This document shows, piece by piece, positions 36,899 through 45,899 of a stretch of 51,768 nt of DNA (within the stretch, counting starts at the first letter, position 1; every line of letters starts with the position of its first letter). Origin of the DNA: Candidatus Woesearchaeota archaeon (lineage in GTDB: Archaea; Nanobdellota; Nanobdellia; Woesearchaeales; SKGA01); NCBI GenBank assembly GCA_046543005.1, contig JBKHAG010000004.1:1-51768 (forward strand), given 5' to 3'. Under the pieces are notes generated by a model. The model was given only the letters and a program-made list of their open reading frames with translations, made no database searches and was not told where the DNA came from. The position numbers were made by a program, and so were the translations under genes.

Positions 36899-37825
36899 CT
36901 AATAACTCAATCTATTAATTTCTCGTATAAGCTCACTAATATCAATAATCAAATGTAATAAATGTTTTTTATCAAAAGACGTTTGAGCCGCATAAGATTT
37001 TTGAACGTCAAGTTCAAGAAGTTTAAGTTCATCTGCATAGATATTTGCTTTTTGAGAATTTTGTACATAAAAATTATCTAAAATTTTTTTAAAAAGTTCT
37101 CTTGCTTTTTGTGCTTGAGTAGGTAACGATTCTATTATTATGTTATCTTCTAACTCTAAAGAATAATTTGCAACAATATCTGAAATTTTTTCTAAATTTT
37201 TAATCACATCCCAATAATCCAATAATCGCGAAGGATCTTCATCATGTAAAGTAAATTGTTGTAAACGTTCTTTAATAACTCGCCTCATCATTAAAGAAAG
37301 TTTATCTATATTAACTTCTTTTTGTTTAATATCAGCAACAAGACGAGGATCTTTTGATTGAAAATACTCAAAAAATTCTATTACTGCTGTACGAAGAGAG
37401 GTATCGATTCGTTTTACAAAAGTTTTTATATTAATTTCTTGAGTGGAGATATATGTTTTAGCAACAATAGAATTTGTTGTTTGTTCTATTATTTCTAAAC
37501 CTATAAATGATTCAACAAGAGCAGTAATAAAAGTTGAGTGAGATAGTAAGCCATTACCTGAAAAAATTATTTTTGTAGCGTTATTCTCATAAGCACTTAT
37601 GAGTTGACGTTTAATAACATGATCAGTTGTTTTTTTTGATATGGAAATGACTATTTCTTTTTGTGTTGATTTTTGTTCTTCAGATATTCTAAAAATAATG
37701 CTATTGCCATAAAGTTCGGTGATAAGAGCGTCGCCCTTAGAAAGATTATACTGATCAACCCATCGTTTAGGAAGCGAAATAACTGACGTGTTATGACCTA
37801 GTTGAATTATTTTTCGAAAATCCAT
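36899..37825 (-). CDS. AbrB-PhoU phosphate uptake regulator family protein
   Basis: MDFRKIIQLGHNTSVISLPKRWV...LSKGD; LISAY, GLEIIE, NLEKISD. Confidence 0.85.
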   Translation of the reverse strand: MDFRKIIQLGHNTSVISLPKRWVDQYNLSKGDALITELYGNSIIFRISEEQKSTQKEIVISISKKTTDHVIKRQLISAYENNATKIIFSGNGLLSHSTFITALVESFIGLEIIEQTTNSIVAKTYISTQEINIKTFVKRIDTSLRTAVIEFFEYFQSKDPRLVADIKQKEVNIDKLSLMMRRVIKERLQQFTLHDEDPSRLLDYWDVIKNLEKISDIVANYSLELEDNIIIESLPTQAQKARELFKKILDNFYVQNSQKANIYADELKLLELDVQKSYAAQTSFDKKHLLHLIIDISELIREINRLSY

Positions 37826-37925
37826 GTAATAAGTAAAATATATAGTATTTATATATTTTATTGTGAATACATATATATTGCTCAAGATCTGTATGCGATT
37901 GAAGGATAATCAGGGGGTGGTTGTC

Positions 37926-38075
37926 GTGATAAATCAATACGCTAAGCAAAAAGAAGACTTTTTTCGTGAAAAGGAGCATCATTTTTACAAAGAAGCGTAT
38001 GTTGAGAGTCTGTTACAAGACGATGAACTTACAAACGAAGAAGCAGCATTTATGAGAGGATATATATCTTCATAG
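37926..38075 (+). CDS. Small acidic protein (DDEL..EE.AFM.GY type)
   Basis: GTG start after GGGGTGG; ESLLQDDELTNEEAAFMRGY. Confidence 0.7.
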   Translation: MINQYAKQKEDFFREKEHHFYKEAYVESLLQDDELTNEEAAFMRGYISS

Positions 38076-38102
38076 TAATTAAAACACTAAAAACGCCAAA
38101 AA

Positions 38103-38200
38103 GCACAATTACACCAAACTCGCAGGTGTTGTGCGTTGTGCTCAAAGCTAAAGCCTTGAGTACAGCAACCAAAGAGGGAGGGGAGTCAATCCGCTCCCTC
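38103..38200. ncRNA. Three adjacent GC-rich hairpins between convergent genes; candidate structured RNA
   Basis: GCACAAttACACC/GGTGTTGTGC; GTTGTGCTCAA/TTGAGTACAgcAAC; GAGGGAG/CTCCCTC followed by a T run. Confidence 0.4.
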
Positions 38201-38231
38201 GACTTTTTCTAAAAAAAGGGTCACAACATAC

Positions 38232-38720
38232 TTAACTTGCTGAAAAAAAACCTTCTCGTTTAATATCATCAACAATATAATTTGTTTGATACTCAAAAAC
38301 ACCAAATTTTTCTTCAAGTAAACGAATAAAAGGCTCTACTTGAGAAATAGAAGGAAAAATGCATTCTACTAAAAAATGAAAACCATTTGCTAAACGAAAT
38401 AAAGAATTCACCGAATCATGAACTCGCAAATAACTTTCTAAATGTGAACGAAACTGAAAAGGAACTTTTAACAAAACTTGCGCTCGAGCATCATAACCTA
38501 ATTTTTTAAAATCTACAAGACTTGTGTGCTTAGTAATTAAAGAATCTTCGTTTGCACGCAACCTATCAAATAATGTCGAAATAGGTATTCTTGTTTGTTT
38601 ACTCATTTGAGTAAGACTCGTTCGTGCATTCGCACGCAATTGTTGTAATAAAACAATATCTTTTTTTAAAATTTTTTGTGTGTGTGGTTCTTCACGTAGT
38701 TTATCCATCAATATCACCAC
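38232..38720 (-). CDS. Lrp/AsnC family transcriptional regulator
   Basis: LRANARTSLTQMSKQTRIPISTLFDRL HTH, DFKKLGY, RAM-like C-domain. Confidence 0.88.
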   Translation of the reverse strand: MVILMDKLREEPHTQKILKKDIVLLQQLRANARTSLTQMSKQTRIPISTLFDRLRANEDSLITKHTSLVDFKKLGYDARAQVLLKVPFQFRSHLESYLRVHDSVNSLFRLANGFHFLVECIFPSISQVEPFIRLLEEKFGVFEYQTNYIVDDIKREGFFSAS

Positions 38721-38874
38721 ACTATATTAGTGCAGTACACTACTAAAAAAGAATCCTTATACTTCTTAAGAAACTATAAGATAAGATAAAGTAATAAAAA
38801 AGTAATTGCGTATAGGAATAAAAAAATAAGAAAACAATAAGAGAAAAAAATAAAAAACAATAAGAAAACAATAC

Positions 38875-39486
38875 TTAGACAAGTTGTTCTTTTGCGCTTC
38901 GAACAATAACAGGGTGTATTCCTTCTTTAATTGCTGCTTTTTCTAAAACATCCAAATCACAAGCATACTCGTTATAAGAAGAAAACATTGCTTTAACATC
39001 TAAGACATCATCGTGATGATTCATAAGTCTACAAGCATGCAAAACGTCTTTTTGACTAAATCCTTGTTTTGATAAATGTTGAGCAATAACAGTATCAGAA
39101 TAACCTTTTTTTCGTTGAGCTAAAATATATGACGTTAAAGATGCTAAGAAAGATTCTTGAGAAGATAATTCTAAATCTTTTCGCGAAGAAGAAAAAGGAT
39201 CTGTTAAAAAAGTAATTGTTAAAAGTATTGAAAAAACAAAGAATCCAATAAGTAGTGTTGAAAGCCAAGAAACGCTAGAAGCGCTATCTTCAGGGGAAGT
39301 AACAGATGCGGATTCTTCAAACGCGAAAATAAAGGATTGATCATCAACAACCATCCCTGCAGTTTTTGCAAAACCAAGATCTTTTGTAGCAGGAGAAAAA
39401 GCAACGACACTTAAAAATAAGATAGTTACAAAAAACATAGTAAGAACTGCATATGAACCAACTGTTTGTTTAAATAAGCGTTTCAT
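38875..39486 (-). CDS. Membrane protein (2 TM) with small helical C-terminal domains
   Basis: Two hydrophobic segments; YI..QRKKGYS...I..HL..QGFS motif. Confidence 0.65.
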   Translation of the reverse strand: MKRLFKQTVGSYAVLTMFFVTILFLSVVAFSPATKDLGFAKTAGMVVDDQSFIFAFEESASVTSPEDSASSVSWLSTLLIGFFVFSILLTITFLTDPFSSSRKDLELSSQESFLASLTSYILAQRKKGYSDTVIAQHLSKQGFSQKDVLHACRLMNHHDDVLDVKAMFSSYNEYACDLDVLEKAAIKEGIHPVIVRSAKEQLV

Positions 39487-39553
39487 CACATACACCTTAT
39501 AGTAATTATAAGTAAAGAACAAGAAAGCAAGTTTAAAAAGGTTTCGTATTTAT

Positions 39554-39751
39554 GGCCTTGTTTAAAATACTGTAAATCTGTATACTGCGCGTTTTTGTTA
39601 TCGTCTTGGAACGTATAAACTTTATTTTTGAATCGAGAATTATAAGTACGAACTTGACAGTTTTTCTTATTCGTTTCAAAACTGGCCAACACGTGCCAAA
39701 GCGATAAGTATATCGGGCAATATACTTTTGTATTCCCTTCAAGACAGAGTC
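39554..39751. mobile_element. MITE copy C (chimeric ends)
   Basis: GGCCTTGTTTAAAA ... CTTCAAGACAGAGTC; flanks GTATTTAT / GTATGTAT (7/8). Confidence 0.8.
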
Positions 39752-39883
39752 GTATGTATCTAAAAAGCTTCAAAAAAGTTTTAAAAATGAAAAATCGCCA
39801 AAAATAAAAGACTAAAATAGAGCAAAAAAAAATAAAAACCACAAAAAGCAATATTTAAAAAAAGAATCCTCTTAACAGACTTA

Positions 39884-40516
39884 ATGAAACTATTTGCTTT
39901 TGGAGATACACACGGAGACTTTTTTGTTTTAGAATATAATAAAGAGCTTGCCAAAAAAGCAGACCTCGTTGCGTGCATTGGCGATGTTAGCGTATTTAGT
40001 GAGCATCTTGAAGAAATTATTCCTCATTTGGCAACGATGCACGAAGATATACTTCTTATTCACGGCAATCATGAAGATGCAGATGATGTAAATGCCTTAA
40101 GTGCACCTCACAAGTCAATACATTTTTGTCATAAAAAAATAAGTAAACGAGAAGGATACACATTCGTATGTTATGGAGGAGATGGGTTTTCTCAAATCGA
40201 TGAAGAATTTGAAACATTTATTGAAAGTATAAAAGATGAACTTACCCCTAAAAAAACAATTTTTATTTTACACGGACCACCACACAATACAAAAATAGAT
40301 GTACCTTTTGAAGACCACCATAGTGGAAGTCTTAGTTACAGAAAAATTATTGAAGACGTCCAACCATTGCTAGTTTTAAGCGGACACATTCACGAAGGAG
40401 AACATCTTATTGATTCTATTGGTAAAACACTCATACTTAATCCAGGACCTGATGGAGAACTTATTGATTTAGAAGTGCTTAGTAAAGAACGAGAAGAAAA
40501 AGAGAAAAAAACTTAA
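39884..40516 (+). CDS. Calcineurin-like metallophosphoesterase
   Basis: DTHG, GD, GNHE, HGPP, SGHIHE, NPG. Confidence 0.9.
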   Translation: MKLFAFGDTHGDFFVLEYNKELAKKADLVACIGDVSVFSEHLEEIIPHLATMHEDILLIHGNHEDADDVNALSAPHKSIHFCHKKISKREGYTFVCYGGDGFSQIDEEFETFIESIKDELTPKKTIFILHGPPHNTKIDVPFEDHHSGSLSYRKIIEDVQPLLVLSGHIHEGEHLIDSIGKTLILNPGPDGELIDLEVLSKEREEKEKKT

Positions 40517-40527
40517 AAAAGGTAATT

Positions 40528-41652
40528 TTATTCATCTACAGGATATCTAAGAATCGCTGCAATACCGCCCAAAGATGCTAATTGAGAACCTTCTTCAGTT
40601 TCAGTGCTTATAATTTCAATAGTTGATCCAAATTGTTCAGCAGCGTCTTCATAATCTTGCAAAGTGGCATCATCAATATCTTCTGAAATTAAAATAATAT
40701 CTACTGCGCCCATATTAACATGACGCAAAACGTCTGCAGAACCATAAGAAACTCTATTAGATTCTTTAGCAAGAGTTTCAAAAAACTGTCTCATTAGTTG
40801 TTTTTCATGAACAACTTCTTCTTCAGCTAAAACATCTTCAGATTTTTCAACAAGTTCTTTAAGACCAAAATCTCCAGTATAAGATAAATCTTTTACAGCA
40901 ATAATTTTTCTTTTTAATTGATCAGTAATATAACCACCCTCCACAAAATCATGTTTTGTAGGACCAGGGCCACCAATAATAATTCCTTGTAATTCTTTGG
41001 AAGATTCTAAAAATTCTTCAGTCATATACTGAGCGATTCGTTTATAAAATTCAATAGCTGCGCCTGTTCGAAGTCGTTCGAATCGTTGAGCGGATTGCCC
41101 GCCTGTTTTATGTTTTCCAGGTACTGCGCTATGAAGTTCTTTAAGAGGAATAATATTTTTTCCTTTAAGAAGAGCAATATTTCCGTCTCGTTTATCCATT
41201 GCAACAAGACCAAACATTATTTTATCATCAAGTATTTCTTTTAGAGGCTCTAAAACGAATTCTTTATCACAACGATACAAATTTTGATTAAGCTCCACAG
41301 GAGGTTGTATGCTCCACACTTTAAAATCTTGTTGACCTTCTCGTTGTGCAGCGTTTCCTGAAAATACGACAAGACCATTGGGAGGAGTTTTTTTAAAAGA
41401 ACGTAAGTGCTGAATCATTTTTTCAAGAGAGGAAATTACACTATCTCGCGTTTGCTTACTTTTGATATTAGTTGCAGTTCCTTGTTCTTGTTGAAGTTGA
41501 TTAATTTTTGCAGTTATATCATAACCAGCAGGAATGTACACACTAATAAGTTCAGTATGACGACCTTTAACAGCTTCCACTTCTCTAAGAAAATGTTTTA
41601 TGTGGACTCTGTCTTTAGCGCTTAAACGCTTTATTTTTTCCTCTTGAGCCAT
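40528..41652 (-). CDS. prf1: Peptide chain release factor aRF1
   Basis: GRHTELIS, NIKS, YRCD, GGQSAQRF, GGIAAILRY. Confidence 0.97.
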   Translation of the reverse strand: MAQEEKIKRLSAKDRVHIKHFLREVEAVKGRHTELISVYIPAGYDITAKINQLQQEQGTATNIKSKQTRDSVISSLEKMIQHLRSFKKTPPNGLVVFSGNAAQREGQQDFKVWSIQPPVELNQNLYRCDKEFVLEPLKEILDDKIMFGLVAMDKRDGNIALLKGKNIIPLKELHSAVPGKHKTGGQSAQRFERLRTGAAIEFYKRIAQYMTEEFLESSKELQGIIIGGPGPTKHDFVEGGYITDQLKRKIIAVKDLSYTGDFGLKELVEKSEDVLAEEEVVHEKQLMRQFFETLAKESNRVSYGSADVLRHVNMGAVDIILISEDIDDATLQDYEDAAEQFGSTIEIISTETEEGSQLASLGGIAAILRYPVDE

Positions 41653-41789
41653 TTACCTTGCAGAAAAAGAAGGGCTTTATAAATCTTGCTTTGTTGCTTT
41701 AAAAAGCAAAAAAATAACCTCAAAAAATACCTAATACAACCATCTCAAACCCTAAAACTTTTTAAAGAACAAAACAATAAACCTTTTCT

Positions 41790-42320
41790 ATGACAATAAA
41801 AAAATCATTTTCAGAACTTGTTAGCGACGTTGAAAACTCAAAAGCATTCAAAAATGTAGAAGATGAAAAAAACTATTATCTTGCACACATTTTTTTTCAA
41901 TTAAACAACGCATTTGAACTTGCTAAGCCAATACAACTTGGTTGGTATTGTAAAGAACAAGATCATTTAAGCATGTTTGAAATTACTTCAGAAACAATAA
42001 AACATAATGGTTTTGAAGAAGCGTTTAAAGACGGAGGTATTATAGAAGAATTACAATTAACTACGTCTTCTTGCACACTTGATGAAGCTAAAAAAATCAT
42101 AGATGAAATACTCAAAAAAGACTTTCCTGAAGAACATCCTAATTCATATTTATGTATTGCTCAAAACGTCAAAGGTAAAAATATTCTTAATTGCACAGTT
42201 ATTTGTATTTCATTTGCCATGATTTCAATCCATATTGATTTAGAAACAAAAGAAGTTATACATAAACAAAAAAATAGTATTCTTGATTTAAAAAAAGAAA
42301 CAATTAAAGGAGAAAAATAA
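41790..42320 (+). CDS. Hypothetical protein
   Basis: 176-aa ORF, TATA-like TTTTTAAA about 25 nt upstream (leaderless). Confidence 0.7.
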   Translation: MTIKKSFSELVSDVENSKAFKNVEDEKNYYLAHIFFQLNNAFELAKPIQLGWYCKEQDHLSMFEITSETIKHNGFEEAFKDGGIIEELQLTTSSCTLDEAKKIIDEILKKDFPEEHPNSYLCIAQNVKGKNILNCTVICISFAMISIHIDLETKEVIHKQKNSILDLKKETIKGEK

Positions 42321-42376
42321 ACATACAAAAAAGATTATTATTGAAGTAATACTCATTTAAAAATTAATGCACTGCC

Positions 42377-43078
42377 TTATTTCCAAAAACTAAAAAGAGA
42401 TTTGGTTGTAGTTATTTTTTTCTTTTTTATAAAACGTTCAAGTTGATGTTCTATATTTTTTACTTTATATTTTTTTTCATCACGTCTAAAAGCTGGCGTG
42501 TGATACTGAGTCTGGCCGCTTTGTGATCGCGTAAATGAATGTTTTTTGTGAAGCAATTCATGATACAAAACGTATTTGAGTAACTCGTTATTTTCTTGTA
42601 AGGCCGTGCTAAGAGTCACTGTGTCTGTTGAAAATGTGTAATGACCAAGCGTTGTTAATGTGTGTTTTCCAAAAACCAAGTTAGGCATGTCCATAAGACC
42701 TTCAAAGTATTGTGTGTTAAGTTCATGAAATAATTCTATAAGTAATGGCTCGCTAGGAGTTCGTTTCGCGTAGCGATTAACGTGTTTCATAAAACCATGA
42801 TATAATTCTTGTTGGGTACTTTCTTTATTAGTTTTAAAAACTTTATTAAGCAAATGTTGAAGAACACCAATAACAATATCATCTTCACAATCTAAAAAAG
42901 CTCGCGAAAGCGAAAAAGTTACTGCTTCAAGTTTTCTTCCTCGTGACGTCATAGACACTGTAGCATTATACTCTTTAAATCTTCCTGAGTATCGCAAAGC
43001 CATTTTTGGCTTAGCAATGTCTTGAGTAAACAATTCAAAAGCAGTATTCAAAAGTTCTTGTGAAGAGAGTTCTACCAT
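42377..43078 (-). CDS. SprT/YgjP-like zinc metalloprotease
   Basis: LGHY, YVLYHELLH (HExxH), HTPAF. Confidence 0.78.
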   Translation of the reverse strand: MVELSSQELLNTAFELFTQDIAKPKMALRYSGRFKEYNATVSMTSRGRKLEAVTFSLSRAFLDCEDDIVIGVLQHLLNKVFKTNKESTQQELYHGFMKHVNRYAKRTPSEPLLIELFHELNTQYFEGLMDMPNLVFGKHTLTTLGHYTFSTDTVTLSTALQENNELLKYVLYHELLHKKHSFTRSQSGQTQYHTPAFRRDEKKYKVKNIEHQLERFIKKKKITTTKSLFSFWK

Positions 43079-43269
43079 AAAAAATACAAACTATGCAGAT
43101 AATAAAAAGCTTTGTAAAAAAAGAAAATAAAACAACAATAAAAAATTATTAAATAAGAAATAATAAATAAAAATCTAAAAATAAGAAAAAAGAAAACACG
43201 CGGTCAAAAAAAAGCTCCTGTGCGATTTGAATATAAAATTCAACTAAAAATAAAAAAGACTGTTAAAAT

Positions 43270-44202
43270 TTAGTCTGCACAGACTGCGTAAACATCTGCA
43301 GTGAGTGCTCCTTGATTGTTTTGATAATATGCGTGAGCTACAGCTCCACCACTATCAAATTCAAAACAAAAGTTTTGTGGACAATATGTTGATCCATCAA
43401 TCATCGGACCGTTTATTCCTTGTCCACCATCAGGAAAGTATACATTTACCATGTACGCGTTTGAAGAAGTATGATTCATGTATTGCACCCCATAATTTTC
43501 AAACCAAAATATTTGTCCTGCTATAATTCCTGTTGTATATCCATTATCTAAAGGCAGTTCTTGTGCTAAAACACTTGGTGTTGTTTGGCAATCATTTGCA
43601 CTTAATTCTCTAAATTGGCCATCAAGCGTTCGATAATACATCATTACACAGTCTCGATTCATATCTGCACATACTTCGTCTGCAGATTTAAAATCTTGTG
43701 TTAATTGTATTTCTTCACCGGTCGCGTATTCTGCCCGAGTAACTAATGCAATTTCTTCGCATTCATTTGCAAAGCAAACTCCTCCACAACGATACTGAGT
43801 TGTTTGAGGTCTATTATACTCCCCACAATATCGTTCAGTTATATATACAGGTAGGCCATTTTCATCTTTAGATGGCGTACATGTATCTTCTAATTGTTGT
43901 CGCCCAGCACTCGTTTTTGTTTTTACTACACCAAATTGAGCATAATTTTTTCCACCGTCTGAATCTTTACAAGATAAATAATTCACAGGCGAATCATCTA
44001 AAGCAGCATCTGCTTGAACAGCCGCAGAAGTAGTAGAATTTTTGTTTTTTAATACTGAAGAAATATCTGTTGCAAAACCTGCAATAGTGTCATTATTTGA
44101 AACTGAATGCGATGGCAAAACCACTACAATTAAACCCACCACTGCAACAACTAAAACCATTGCGAGCATAAAAAAAGCATATTTTTTTTCTTCTTCATTC
44201 AT
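43270..44202 (-). CDS. Membrane-anchored Cys-rich surface protein (CxDSDGG repeat)
   Basis: LAMVLVVAVVGLIV anchor, IAGFA linker, CKDSDGG...DTC...E.YC...C...C...C. Confidence 0.72.
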   Translation of the reverse strand: MNEEEKKYAFFMLAMVLVVAVVGLIVVVLPSHSVSNNDTIAGFATDISSVLKNKNSTTSAAVQADAALDDSPVNYLSCKDSDGGKNYAQFGVVKTKTSAGRQQLEDTCTPSKDENGLPVYITERYCGEYNRPQTTQYRCGGVCFANECEEIALVTRAEYATGEEIQLTQDFKSADEVCADMNRDCVMMYYRTLDGQFRELSANDCQTTPSVLAQELPLDNGYTTGIIAGQIFWFENYGVQYMNHTSSNAYMVNVYFPDGGQGINGPMIDGSTYCPQNFCFEFDSGGAVAHAYYQNNQGALTADVYAVCAD

Positions 44203-44263
44203 TATACTACCTCAAACACAACAATTTTTAACAAGAAATAGTATTTAAACATTGCGAAAACGA

Positions 44264-44446
44264 GGACATGTCCATAAAGGAATCTTTATACGCTGCCTTG
44301 CGGCGAATTTTTTTGAAACGAATAAAGAGAGTCGCAAGAATTGATGATTCGAAATTATAATCCTCGATTCAAAAATACTGTTTATATATGCCAAGCTGAT
44401 AATAATAACGCACAGTATACAAATTAATATCATTCTGGACGTAGCT
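44264..44446. mobile_element. MITE copy E
   Basis: Interior aligns with copy A; degenerate TIR GGACATGTCCA / TGGACGTAGCT; flanks GAAAACGA / AAAAACGA (7/8). Confidence 0.75.
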
Positions 44447-44516
44447 AAAAACGAAGAAAAGAGCAAGTATAGTACAAAAAAGAAAAAAATAAGTGAAATT
44501 CTTACTGTTAGAATAC

Positions 44517-45683
44517 TTAAAACAATACAGATTTCACTATTGGCCAAAGAATTAAAAAAATAACTATAATTGCTAAAAACCAACTCAGTTTTTTCCAGTG
44601 AGCAACTCCTTTTTTCTCACCTTTAGTTCGCGTAAAAGCAAGTCTACTCATGTGACCACCATCAACTGGACCTAAAGGTAATAAATTAAATAATCCAAGA
44701 CCAAGACTTAAAACAAAAATCCATAGTAAGAATTGCGAAAACCAATTTGTTATACCATATACCCATTTAGGAATAGTTTCTTTTACATCAAAGTCTGTTG
44801 CAAGCCCTATAACCCCTAAATATCCTTGCGAAGAATCTTGAGGATGAGCAACAGTAGTTAATGTATGAGAACTATTATTGTTTGCAATAACAAGCGTTTG
44901 ATTGGGTTGTAAAGAGCCAACAGTACTTGTTAATTGTTCTTGAGTAAGTACTGATTGATTATTAATCAACGTGTAGGTTGTTTGTGGCGTAATTCCTGAA
45001 ATATCTGCAGGGAATCCTTCTTGAACACTATCAAAACTAAAACCTACTGGTGCAACCATTGCCATTGTAAGAGGATTAAATACTAACATCATAAGTGCAA
45101 ATGCAATTCCTGCTGTTAAAAAATTCATCCCAGGACCTGCTGCAAAAACAGAATATTTAACAACATCATCTTTTTTTTCGAGTTGTTTATCATCAGGTTC
45201 TACAAATGCTCCTGCGAGGGGTCCAAAAAATACAATTCCTGTTGTTTTTACTTTCACGCCATGAGCACGTGCAACAAGACCGTGCCCTGCTTCGTGAATA
45301 AGCACAACAATAAATAAAGGTATAAGTACCCATAACGGAATAAAAATTGCGCTTCCAGGAATATTTACTCCAGGTAAAACTAAAGAAAAAGATGCTGGCG
45401 CGGTAGGTACAAAAAGTGCTTGATATAATGCGAATAAGACATATCCAAAAATAAAAATCATTCCCGCAAATCCTAAACCTATAAAACAATATCCTAATAA
45501 TTTAACTGTCTGTTGATGTTTTTTTGCATAACGATTCAAAAAAGGGATTCCAAATTTTGTTTTTCGAAGAGCAATAATTCCTTCCCAATCAAATTTTTTC
45601 CTATTGATTACTAAAAGAATAATAATTGTAAGATACACAGCTATTGTTAGCCAATTGTTTGCAAGATATTCAGGTACTGCCAT
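44517..45683 (-). CDS. Site-2 protease (M50) with PDZ domain
   Basis: HEAGH, GAFVEPD, AAGPGMN, NLLPLGPVDGG. Confidence 0.93.
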   Translation of the reverse strand: MAVPEYLANNWLTIAVYLTIIILLVINRKKFDWEGIIALRKTKFGIPFLNRYAKKHQQTVKLLGYCFIGLGFAGMIFIFGYVLFALYQALFVPTAPASFSLVLPGVNIPGSAIFIPLWVLIPLFIVVLIHEAGHGLVARAHGVKVKTTGIVFFGPLAGAFVEPDDKQLEKKDDVVKYSVFAAGPGMNFLTAGIAFALMMLVFNPLTMAMVAPVGFSFDSVQEGFPADISGITPQTTYTLINNQSVLTQEQLTSTVGSLQPNQTLVIANNNSSHTLTTVAHPQDSSQGYLGVIGLATDFDVKETIPKWVYGITNWFSQFLLWIFVLSLGLGLFNLLPLGPVDGGHMSRLAFTRTKGEKKGVAHWKKLSWFLAIIVIFLILWPIVKSVLF

Positions 45684-45899
45684 AAACACTAAACAATAAT
45701 AAGCAACTTATAAAGTTTTGGTAAGAAAGTAGGTGCAAAATAACCCACAAATTGCTTTAAAGTAAAATAAAAAAGAAGTATTTTGTAGTAAAGCCAAAAA
45801 TCTGCGCATTCAATAATTAGAATTTCGCACGTGAAACGAAAATACAAAACTTTACACTATAAAAAAATAATTAAAAAAAAAAATTAATATGCATAAACA

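Noticed and set aside
39486-39851. Short ORFs overlapping MITEs (also 22333-22521, 36670-36876, 39533-39742, 44245-44583), some sharing TRSIQ-like peptides
   Set aside because: Similarity comes from the shared repeat DNA; starts and stops are inconsistent between copies and there are no transposase motifs
45778-45860. Weak inverted repeats between the M50 protease and elp3 genes
   Set aside because: No clear TIR or target duplication and no second copy in the window
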